IMG/VR virus record: IMGVR_UViG_3300031555_002748
Coordinates: 2,439-66,438 of that record
Strand: one strand, 5' to 3'
Origin: a virus
Lineage: Duplodnaviria > Caudoviricetes
Length of the DNA: 64,000 bases
Made by a program: the position numbers and the translations under genes. The notes under the pieces were generated by a model. It did no database searches and was not told where the DNA came from. It saw only the letters and a list, made by a program, of their open reading frames with translations. Shown in pieces: positions 36,262-44,779 of the stretch. Numbering within the stretch: the stretch's first letter is position 1; every line of letters starts with the position of its first letter.

Positions 36262-37431
36262 TATTATTCTCCTTTAAACATTTATCACAAGGATAAATAT
36301 ATGCGTTATGTATTTTATTTGTGGTACGGTGCAACACTCGTTGGTTATACTTCGTGCAAATGTGGGGTGGGCAAGTGCCATCACGCTGTTTTATGATGTT
36401 TTGTTCGGCCTCGGTTATATTTAGGTGTTTACAGTTGTTGCAATCCATAGTTGTTGAGGTATTCAAGGATTTCATCTTGGCTCATCTCCTTTGTTTCTAA
36501 TAATTTATTTAATGATTTAATTGCTTCATTAAGTATTCGCTTGCCGTGGTACCTAGCCGGAATAACATAGCTACGTGGATTTTCATAGAGTATATATAAA
36601 AAATCCTTTTGCCAATCTAAAAGTCTATGTCCGAGGGTGGTTTCTATGTGGTCGAGGCATTGCTCGAAGGTAGGTTTGGGTTCTTTCATAGTTAAAACCG
36701 TAAGTGCCAAAGAGCCTTAAGGGTTCTTCTCCACTTTCCTTTTTTAAATTCGTAACCATTAATGTAAACTTTGCCATCTATTTGGGTGACCGACGAGTTT
36801 TTACTTTTTGTAGGTGCGGGTGGCAACTCTTCGCCGTTGATCCAGACGCGGTTGCCGATAACTGTGCAGTTGTTATTAGTTTGAATGTTGCTCATTGTTG
36901 TTCTCCTTAATCTTTTCTTTAACTGTGTTTATTTTATAGGTTTCCCACTCTAAACAATTAGATAAATAGATTTGCAACATCTTTTCTGCCATATCTTTGT
37001 CCATAGTTACAGTGACAGTGGTACATATTGGGTTGAACCAGCCATATATAGATTTTGCTTGATATACTTTGTGTATAATTTCGTAAAGTTCCATATTAGT
37101 TCTCCTTAATTAATTCTTCAATTCTCGCAATAATCTCTGCGTCGCTGTGGTAACAGATACCTCGATCTCTTTCGTAATCGTTTTCATATTCAACAACGTC
37201 GGGTAAATTAAACCATTCAACTATAAGAGGATAGAGGTATTGTAGTGGTAAACCACCGCAGCCGTCTATGTCGCAGCTGTCTTTGATGAGCGACCATAAT
37301 TCTTTGATGGTTTCGAATGGGCCGATTAGCCAATCGGAGTCACCACATTGTTCGCAGTAGAGTTGTTTGTGGCTGAGTTTACGACTTGTGTAATAGATGC
37401 CACCTAAGTGGCTTTCGTATAAATATTTCAT
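36254..37431 (-). other. Run of five small hypothetical genes
   Basis: Coupled ORFs 36254-36475, 36429-36710, 36692-36895, 36876-37094 and 37096-37431, each with a GGAG RBS. Confidence 0.55.
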
Positions 37432-37547
37432 TTTAGTTCTCCTTTAATCTATATAAATCTAACTCATTTCTGGTGCAAAAGAAAAGTAATTTACTATAAT
37501 CTTCTTCTTTTATATGAATGTCAACTGAATCGCTACCATTCCAAATT

Positions 37548-37946
37548 CTAACTTCTATCATTTTCTCCCTCCCAAGTTTTACCGTAATCAAAACTCCATC
37601 TCTTTATAAATCCATCAAAAGACTCATCAATATTCTCTAATAATTTCACGTAGCACTGTTTTGTTTCCAGGTTAACAACTGTAAAATAACAGCCTTCATA
37701 GTATCCGTGATTTCCCACATCAACTAAATCGCAATGTTCTTGTGCTTCTACTAAACATTCGATGCCGTCCCAAGTTTCTATTTCCCACATAGTTGCATTG
37801 TGTATACCAAAAGGCATTTTGTAAAATTCATCCAATACTTTAAGTGCCGTTAGATCGGGTGGCACTTCTTTTTCGATAACGGTTTTCTTTACTAGTACGG
37901 GTTTGCCGTCAGTCACCATATATTCTTCTATAATTTCTTGTGTCAT
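37548..37946 (-). CDS. Hypothetical protein
   Basis: 132 aa with GAGG RBS. Confidence 0.55.
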   Translation of the reverse strand: MTQEIIEEYMVTDGKPVLVKKTVIEKEVPPDLTALKVLDEFYKMPFGIHNATMWEIETWDGIECLVEAQEHCDLVDVGNHGYYEGCYFTVVNLETKQCYVKLLENIDESFDGFIKRWSFDYGKTWEGENDRS

Positions 37947-38322
37947 TATTAGATTCCTCCGTGATTAAATCTTTTAATTCTATTAGAGTATTTTGTAAAA
38001 GTGTTTGTAGTTGATCAGAGTAAGCATCTTCGTATTCTTGAGCAAAATTTATAAGTATGTCAGATACTTTGTTGTCCACATCTTTGCTAAACACTATGTC
38101 TCTATATTTTTTAACTCTTTGATAAATTGAATAACCTTCATCTTTTATTTTTTGAAGTCTATCCATGGTTAGAATTTCATTTTCTCTCAATAATATATCA
38201 ACATTGTAATGACAGTTACCCCAAGCCAAATCACTCAAAATAATGCCGTATTCTTCACATTCTAAAATATCTTGATAAGTTTCTATTTCTTTGCCCCTAA
38301 CAAATTTGTATTCATCTAACAT
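37909..38322 (-). CDS. Hypothetical protein
   Basis: 137 aa with GGAGG RBS. Confidence 0.6.
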   Translation of the reverse strand: MLDEYKFVRGKEIETYQDILECEEYGIILSDLAWGNCHYNVDILLRENEILTMDRLQKIKDEGYSIYQRVKKYRDIVFSKDVDNKVSDILINFAQEYEDAYSDQLQTLLQNTLIELKDLITEESNNDTRNYRRIYGD

Positions 38323-38327
38323 ATGTA

Positions 38328-38718
38328 TTAATCCTCCACTTGGTAAAAATAACTTTCGTATTCTTCAACGTGAATATACTCTCTCGGCAATCTACCTTTA
38401 CCGTGAATATATTTGTTTTCTAGTTTTTTAATTGCTTCGTCTAAATTCTTTGCTTTAACCATTTCAGTAAAGTTGAGGTTTACTGCAACTTCGAATTCTT
38501 CTTGTTTGTCTTTCATTTTAATTCTCCTCTATATATTCTGGGCAATCCGCCTTGTCTTTGTTGCAAAATTTGTCGTGATCATTACAATCTCTGCAAATAG
38601 TTCCATCGCCATAGCACGTATTACATAAGCAACTTCCGAAAGCACTTCCTACGGCCCAGCCATAATCATAGGTGCGGTCGCAACATTGGCAACCTTTACA
38701 TTGTTCATCTCGTTTCAT
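38328..38718 (-). other. Two small genes: DpnD/PcfM-like 62 aa and Cys-rich 66 aa
   Basis: 38328-38516 FEVAV..TEMVKAKNLDEAIKKLENKY; 38518-38718 carries multiple CxxC motifs. Confidence 0.5.
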
Positions 38719-39215
38719 TGTTGATTCTCCTTTACATATCTTATTAAATCAGCAACGTAGTTTGGGTTCTTTGTCATAGCTAGACGGCACTTTTCTTCGA
38801 GTGGGTGTTGGGCACGCCATTTTTCGGCTTTAAGTTGTTCTTGAATGCTGAGAAGATCAAGTTCTTTGATTTCTTCTGAGAAGAGTTTGTCTATTAATGT
38901 TTCCTCATAGTTTTCTATGTAACGGTCATAATCATATAATCTAACAAAACATATTGCCGCACCCGACACACCAAAAAACAAACCAAAAATAATCAATGAG
39001 AACGCTATCGGAACCCCTTCTTCTACAAGACCTAAACAGGTAAGTGTAATAAATATGGAGCAAACAAGTAATGTAACTAAAACATTTGTTATAACTTTCT
39101 TTGCAAATTGCCACTTGGTCATTTCTTTTTTGAGGCGTTTGTCTTTATGTTCGATTTCGTTGGTTTCTTCATTGAAGTATAGATAGTGTGCGTCGTATAA
39201 ATAATAATGTTTCAT
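38715..39215 (-). CDS. Two-TM membrane protein
   Basis: Likely start MKHYY; two hydrophobic helices. Confidence 0.6.
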   Translation of the reverse strand: MKHYYLYDAHYLYFNEETNEIEHKDKRLKKEMTKWQFAKKVITNVLVTLLVCSIFITLTCLGLVEEGVPIAFSLIIFGLFFGVSGAAICFVRLYDYDRYIENYEETLIDKLFSEEIKELDLLSIQEQLKAEKWRAQHPLEEKCRLAMTKNPNYVADLIRYVKENQQ

Positions 39216-39216
39216 T

Positions 39217-39822
39217 TTAGTGCTCCTTAATATATTCCTTGACAACATTGCCTTTTCTATCACATAAACGAATGTCTGCAAGTTGAGCATCCTTATCCAT
39301 GTATTTGTATGGCTGTTTGGTAAAGAAATCTTTCATACGAGGAATAATAATATTCTCCCAATATTCACTAAGAGGTTTAACGAGTTGTATTTTAAGGACA
39401 TTACGCTTTTCTTTATGCATAATATCCCAATCTATCTGATAGAAGGTAAGCTGATCCCAGTCATCAACGGCCTGAAAGGTTTCAAGTAGATAATCTTGTA
39501 ATAGCACATAATTTTCCAATGCGTACTTGAACGAAATACGGGGTCTGCCGAAAACATCCTGCCAAAACATCTCAAGCTCTTCTTCGGAGTGGTCAATACC
39601 CATCTGCACATCGTCAAGGATGCCAAGTGAATACGCAATAAATTCTCTTTCGAAATTACCCCAATAAGAGTTGCATTCGATTTCTAAAGTGTAGGGGATA
39701 ATAGGGTGGCTTCTACGTAAGTTTTTGAGGTGATTTGTGAAGTGGTACCTAGAGGGCACATCTTGCCATCCGGCACCGATACCGAGTTTATCTCTCCAGA
39801 TTTGATGATTTTTGTATACCAT
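39217..39822 (-). CDS. Hypothetical protein
   Basis: Likely start MVYKN after AGGAG. Confidence 0.6.
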   Translation of the reverse strand: MVYKNHQIWRDKLGIGAGWQDVPSRYHFTNHLKNLRRSHPIIPYTLEIECNSYWGNFEREFIAYSLGILDDVQMGIDHSEEELEMFWQDVFGRPRISFKYALENYVLLQDYLLETFQAVDDWDQLTFYQIDWDIMHKEKRNVLKIQLVKPLSEYWENIIIPRMKDFFTKQPYKYMDKDAQLADIRLCDRKGNVVKEYIKEH

Positions 39823-39835
39823 AATTAATTCTCCT

Positions 39836-40063
39836 TTAATATATAATTTCGTAATAACCTTCAATCTCGTCATCAATAAATACGGGCAATCCTTGATATT
39901 CACCAAGAAAACCGTAATTAACTTTGAGAAGTTCAATGTCGATGGGTGGATAAAGCATTGTTAGGTAGCGGGCAAACAGCCTGGTCACTTTAGTCCCTTT
40001 TGGGAGCTTTGACAACTGTTGCATTGCAAATATTGCGTCTTCTAATTCTTTTACATTAAACAT
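39836..40063 (-). CDS. Hypothetical protein
   Basis: 75 aa with RBS AAGGAG. Confidence 0.55.
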   Translation of the reverse strand: MFNVKELEDAIFAMQQLSKLPKGTKVTRLFARYLTMLYPPIDIELLKVNYGFLGEYQGLPVFIDDEIEGYYEIIY

Positions 40064-40075
40064 AGTTGTGCTCCT

Positions 40076-40855
40076 TTAAATCTCTTCTTGCCCATTTTTC
40101 AAATCTGTTTTTGTCGTTCCATAAATTCTTTCTTTTGCTATATTAAAATACTTTTCTTCTAATTCAATACCGATAAAACTTCGGTTGGTGTTCACACACG
40201 CTACACCCGTGCTCCCACTTCCCATGCAATTATCTAAAACAGTTTCGCCTTCGTTAGTGTAAGTTTTTATTAAGTACTCAAGTAGTGCGACAGGTTTTTG
40301 TGTTGGGTGCAATCCCTTTTCATTCTTAAACATTATAATATCTGTTGGGTACCGATATCCTTCGTTGCAAAGTTCGGTGGCCTTGTTTGCACCCGTATGT
40401 AACATTTCTCTTTGTCCAGCCTTTCTTTTAATTTTGTACGGTTCGCCAACCGTAAATTGAGGATTATAATTCTTAGGTCGTTTTTTATTATATGATGTGG
40501 CAAAATTACCAAAGACGCAAATCCGTTCTGTCTTTCTAAACGGCTGATATTTTACTGTTGCAAAATTTGTGCCATTTTCCTTTTGCCAAATCCAATCATA
40601 CTTGTACATTTCTAGATTGCTACACCGAAGCAAGCTTGCAAATGGTTCGTTGCCAAATAGTACTATTGCTCCGTTATCCTTAATTATTCGGTTGTATTGC
40701 TCCCATAGTGGTTCAAAAGGTATTACATTATCCCATTTACACGCCGTTGTTCCATATGGTAAGTCGCAAAGTATCATATCAACGCTTTTATCTGGAATAT
40801 TCTTCATTAGCTCAAGGCAATCACCAAGTTTTAAATCCATTTGATTTTTCATCAC
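40076..40855 (-). CDS. DNA methyltransferase (N6A/N4C, beta class), orphan
   Basis: GDCLE, DLPY (motif IV), HPTQKP and DNCMGSGST (motif I); no adjacent restriction enzyme. Confidence 0.9.
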   Translation of the reverse strand: MMKNQMDLKLGDCLELMKNIPDKSVDMILCDLPYGTTACKWDNVIPFEPLWEQYNRIIKDNGAIVLFGNEPFASLLRCSNLEMYKYDWIWQKENGTNFATVKYQPFRKTERICVFGNFATSYNKKRPKNYNPQFTVGEPYKIKRKAGQREMLHTGANKATELCNEGYRYPTDIIMFKNEKGLHPTQKPVALLEYLIKTYTNEGETVLDNCMGSGSTGVACVNTNRSFIGIELEEKYFNIAKERIYGTTKTDLKNGQEEI

Positions 40856-40906
40856 GCATCTCTCCTTATTAATCAGTTTGTTGTGTTATAATCAGTTTGT
40901 ATTGTT

Positions 40907-40935
40907 ATTTTAGCACCTTTGGAAAAACTTGTCAA
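40907..40935 (-). promoter_or_regulatory. sigmaA-type promoter
   Basis: TTGACA-17-TAAAAT with extended TG. Confidence 0.75.
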
Positions 40936-40968
40936 ATATTTTTAAGGTGTTTTTTGAAAAATGTTGTT

Positions 40969-41328
40969 TTAAAAATCAAAAGCTCGCTCAACAGTCTTGA
41001 CGCTGCATTTAAGCTGCTCGGCAATCTCTTGATTTGAAAATCCTTGCTCGTGCATCTGTAAAATAGTTTCTTTTGAAAAACGTGGTGGTCGTCCACCTTG
41101 TGTGCCATTATCTTTACTTGCCTTATAACGCTTCTGGGATTTTTCAATTTGAATGGCACACATACCGTTAACGAGATCTATAATATCTTTGTTGTCGGTA
41201 GTATATTGTCCCTTCGTGCCATAATTGATAATTTCCCACGCCACTTCTTTTGCAAACTGAATATCTTTTATCTTGCTAAGGGCGTGCAAAGTATCGGTCC
41301 ATCCTTCGTAAAATACTAAATTTGCCAT
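40969..41328 (-). CDS. DUF6291-like (replication-organiser N-domain) protein with C-terminal HTH
   Basis: LVFYEGW...IINYG...QIEKSQKRY.AS..NG..GGRP, then the HTH SNQEIAEQLKCSVKTVER. Confidence 0.7.
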   Translation of the reverse strand: MANLVFYEGWTDTLHALSKIKDIQFAKEVAWEIINYGTKGQYTTDNKDIIDLVNGMCAIQIEKSQKRYKASKDNGTQGGRPPRFSKETILQMHEQGFSNQEIAEQLKCSVKTVERAFDF

Positions 41329-41355
41329 TTTAAGCCTCCTATATTATATAATGTT

Positions 41356-41541
41356 TGGACAAAACAGTTATGTCGCTAGTTATGTCTGTGCGTCCTAGGA
41401 AAAACCTAGTGGACAAAACCTACGACATAACCTAGACATAACCAGAATATAAATATTAATATAAATACTAATATAAATATAAATATTTAATATTATGTCA
41501 AGACATAATATTTATAAAAGTTATGTCGCAATTAGTTTGTC
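41356..41541. repeat. Iteron-like GACA(T/A)AAC boxes in both orientations around an AATATA-repeat tract
   Basis: Boxes near 41358, 41367, 41379, 41412, 41424, 41435 and 41520; palindrome at 41489-41512. Confidence 0.75.
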
Positions 41542-41557
41542 TTGTATGCTCAGAGGC

Positions 41558-41586
41558 ATTATATCATATTAGGAAAGATTTGTCAA
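41558..41586 (-). promoter_or_regulatory. sigmaA-type promoter for the left arm
   Basis: TTGACA-17-TATAAT with extended TG. Confidence 0.85.
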
Positions 41587-41644
41587 ACGATTTTCGGTAG
41601 GGTTTTAAAATTTGTTGAAAAATTTTTGTGCAGCACAGAAAGAA

Positions 41645-41840
41645 CTAAATAAAAATATAATATTAAATGTATTATATGTTTATATTATATATTTATATAT
41701 TAATTATATATATTATATTATTATATATTAATAATTAATTATTATATATTTATAAATTATATATAGATATATATTAATTATATTATATCCCGTAATTATA
41801 AATACTCGTTAAATAAATTTAACTCGCATTTATAATTACT
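41645..41840. repeat. Almost pure A/T low-complexity tract ending in an inverted repeat
   Basis: About 140 nt of TATA/ATTA; GTAATTATAAAT...ATTTATAATTAC at 41792-41839. Confidence 0.85.
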
Positions 41841-42929
41841 TGTAAGTTTCGAGTTTTGTCACGAATAGTACCCAATAGATGTGACAGTATAGTGGTCGAA
41901 TTCGACTAGTTTGAAATAAATGCAAACTCTTGTCTGCGACGCTTCTGTGCTAACGTTCAGTCAGCTTCGCTTCCTTCGAACTTATAGCACGAGGGGCTCT
42001 GCCCCTATAACCAAAAAGAAGAATAGTGATGGATAAACTGAATGAGCCTAAAATAGCCGTTTTAAGCCGAGTAATGGTGTGGGGGTGAGAGTTTGGACTA
42101 GGTTGGAGTGCTTCGTGGCTTCTAGGGGCAAATTTGGGGCTCAGAATTGATTTTGGGATATTTGTATAGGTATAGGTGTTATATATAGGGATGTTTTACA
42201 TATAGTTTTATAATACCCCGGGGGTACTGTACGAAAAAGCAACTTCCTAGCGTTGCGTTTGCGAAAAGCAATCATATGTAGTTGCGTTTTCAAAAATGGC
42301 ATACCAAATGAACAAAAATAATCACATATTACAGGTTTTTCCTGGGATTGGTGTTTTAAACGTGTGCAAATGAACATAAATGATCATAAGCGTGTATAAA
42401 CGAAAATGGATAGGGATTTGCTGTGGGGATGTAGGCATAAATGAACAAATGTGAACAGAAATGTGCATTTTGTTGTAAACGGTTACAGGATTGGAAAGGG
42501 TTGTGGGTTTTTCGATATTGGGTCGGATGGGAGATGGGTAGGTTTTTACTAGGGTGAGTGGTTTTCTGGTAGAGAAGTGTGGTTTTATGGGTACGGATGG
42601 GCTGTTTGTATATATTTTTATATAATGTTTATGGGGAATAGGGTGGTAAAGGGTGATAAATTTGGTAAGTTACGTGGGGTTAGATGTAAAGAAAAAATGT
42701 CATTTATAGGCGTAATTTTAAGGAAAAAATGACAAAATTATTTTTCACAGTTTTATTGTTGATTTTGCAGTCAGTGTGTAAACAAACCTCGTACCATCAA
42801 AAGTGGGTTTTCGCTAGGTTTTATCAGTTTTTAATACCCCTCCGTATCCCAGATTTTTTAGAAGTGTAGAAAATTTATATTTTTCACACTTTTTTAAGTT
42901 TTTTGCAATTTTTTATGCTTGTTTTTTTG

Positions 42930-42938
42930 TGGTATAGT
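42930..42938 (+). promoter_or_regulatory. Extended -10 promoter candidate for the right arm
   Basis: TG-G-TATAGT about 100 nt before the first plus-strand gene; poor -35; inverted repeat AAGTGT..ACACTT at 42862-42891 upstream. Confidence 0.45.
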
Positions 42939-43036
42939 TAATTTGCCAAAGGGAAAGCAAAATTTTTCGTTGTAGGCTTTAACCCTTTGAGTAGTAATTT
43001 AATATTTTTTATTTAGACATATAGGAGGTAAAAATT

Positions 43037-43459
43037 ATGTCAAAGAAAATTACAGGTAAACTTATTAACTCAACAAGTGGTATCAAGGTTAGCCTTGAAA
43101 TCGCAAAGGCAAAAAACAAGCAAGGTGAAGCAATTGAATTTATCCGTATAAATACGGATAAAAAGCCATCTCAAACTGTTATCAATGCAATTAAATTGCA
43201 AGGTGGCTCTTACTTTAATAAAGACCAAAGTTGGTCTTTATTTAACTCAGTTCGTAACCAAAAGTTCGTCAACAAAATGATCTTAAAAGATGCTTTTAAG
43301 ATTGAAGTCGAAGAAGAAGAAGTTAAAACTTCTAAACCTAAACAAGCCGTTAAAGGTAAAGCACAAGCAAGCAAGGCACAACCTAAATCTTCTCTTGAAA
43401 AGAGAGTAGACAAACTCGAAGATAAACTTGATAAAATCCTTGCGTTGTTAAGCAAATAA
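43037..43459 (+). CDS. Basic protein with C-terminal leucine zipper; first gene of the right arm
   Basis: 140 aa, Lys-rich, strong RBS; ends LEKRVDKLEDKLDKILALL. Confidence 0.75.
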   Translation: MSKKITGKLINSTSGIKVSLEIAKAKNKQGEAIEFIRINTDKKPSQTVINAIKLQGGSYFNKDQSWSLFNSVRNQKFVNKMILKDAFKIEVEEEEVKTSKPKQAVKGKAQASKAQPKSSLEKRVDKLEDKLDKILALLSK

Positions 43460-43473
43460 CTTAACAAAAGACA

Positions 43474-43509
43474 AGCCCCTAACCATTTCGGTTGGGGGCT
43501 TATTTTTTT
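43474..43509 (+). terminator. Intrinsic terminator
   Basis: AAGCCCCTAACC ATTTC GGTTGGGGGCTT ATTTTTTT. Confidence 0.85.
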
Positions 43510-43660
43510 GTCTTTATGAAAGCCCTAAAACTGAAAGGTTTTCGCCTATATAAAATATATAGGGCGAGAGCCTTTTTTGTATCCGTTTTGGATATAAGCC
43601 ATAAAGGGCTTTATGGTTGATTCAGCGACCATTGAAAAACTTAATAAAGGAGGTGCAGAA

Positions 43661-43852
43661 ATGCGAAAGATTTTTTGTACAAGATTTTATAACATAAAAG
43701 GCGACTGTTATAAAACCTACGAAAAACCCTATGATCCTAGATATGATCATGAAGGAACAACCTACGGAAACGGTTTCCGTCGTGTATCCTACATAAGAAC
43801 TGAAAGGGTTGAGGGCAGAAAAGTCTATACACCACAAGGAGGTCAACAATGA
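43661..43852 (+). CDS. Small hypothetical protein
   Basis: Likely start MRKIF after AAGGAGGT. Confidence 0.65.
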   Translation: MRKIFCTRFYNIKGDCYKTYEKPYDPRYDHEGTTYGNGFRRVSYIRTERVEGRKVYTPQGGQQ

Positions 43853-44016
43853 CAAAAGCAGAAGCCGTTTCATTTATGCAATTAAAGTCCGAACTTGAAC
43901 GAGAAATGGATAGATTCAAGGATACGGAAACTCGTGAAAGCATTTTGAAACAAATTAAAGCAAATGAGCCATTATTCATAAAGGCTCAAAAAGTTATCGC
44001 TCGTTACAACAAGTAA
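43849..44016 (+). CDS. 55-aa helical hypothetical protein
   Basis: RBS AAGGAGG, ATGA overlap with the upstream gene; MTKAEAVSFMQLKSELERE...VIARYNK*; below the track cutoff. Confidence 0.65.
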   Translation: MTKAEAVSFMQLKSELEREMDRFKDTETRESILKQIKANEPLFIKAQKVIARYNK

Positions 44017-44022
44017 CGGGCA

Positions 44023-44072
44023 AACCGTCTTACGGTGAAAGTCCGTAACTGATGAGCAATAGCGAAACGGTT
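44023..44072 (+). ncRNA. Hammerhead ribozyme, type III
   Basis: AACCGUC / stem I UUACGG-UGAAAGU-CCGUAA / CUGAUGA / stem II GC-AAUA-GC / GAAACGGUU. All core nucleotides are present; GUC cleavage site at 44027-44029. Confidence 0.9.
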
Positions 44073-44084
44073 CGTTGACGCACA

Positions 44085-44740
44085 ATAACATCACAAGGGT
44101 GATTGAGTGGTATTTTTTTCGTTTTGCTTTTTGCTCGTTAGCCATTAGGCTCTGATAGTGCCTTAAAACTTTCAGCGGTTTGGACAGCCGACCAGATAGG
44201 TATTTGACCGAAATGGCGAATAAATCAAGGGATACAGCACCCTTGACCATAAGTGTTTTTGCTTTATAGCAAATAGTGGAGATAAGCACCACTACCTTGT
44301 TGCAAAAAGTTGCAATAAAAGGGATAAGTTGTGGAAACAGCACCACGACCGAAAGATAATTGAACGCTTTAAGGTGTAGTCCTACGCCTTAACACCAACC
44401 GACCTCGTTATATGAAGAATATAACGGCGATCCGTAATAGTTGCTATGCACTCACTACTCTCATTTGGTAAGTGAGTTTTTCAAAATAAATGGCAACGAA
44501 TAGAGTTTAGGGGTGCAAATAGCCTAGTAATTTACAAACGAAACGGCATTTTAGTTAGACACAACGAGAGTTTGTAAATGAAAGGGAATAAGGAACAGTT
44601 TAGAGTTTGCTAAAACTTATTAAGGTGGGGATTTAGTTGGTCTACTTGACAGGGGTAGTTGGCAACCACTAATGAAACAACTTGACTTTCAATGGTCGTT
44701 CTGTAAGCAACCAGATAGCGACCACCATTACCAAAGGGCG
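44085..44740 (+). ncRNA. Large ornate structured ncRNA (ROOL/GOLLD-class candidate)
   Basis: About 650 nt without a credible ORF in an otherwise gene-dense arm; more than 12 helices found by eye; family not confirmed. Confidence 0.7.
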
Positions 44741-44779
44741 AAATAAAAATAAAAAACAAAATAGTCGGAGGACAAAATT

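Noticed and set aside
2788-41319. Numerous plus-strand ORFs across the left arm
   Set aside because: They overlap longer minus-strand genes with RBSs and recognisable motifs; treated as shadow ORFs.
42141-42377. 78-aa minus ORF in the divergence zone
   Set aside because: No RBS, atypical composition, and it overlaps the repeat/skew zone.
43972-44346. 124-aa minus ORF over the ribozyme/ncRNA
   Set aside because: Opposite to local transcription, no RBS, and the plus strand is explained by RNA structure.
44646-44674. sigmaA promoter at TTGACA inside the large ncRNA
   Set aside because: The hexamer at 17-bp spacing (CTAATG) is a poor -10 match, and the site lies in a predicted hairpin.
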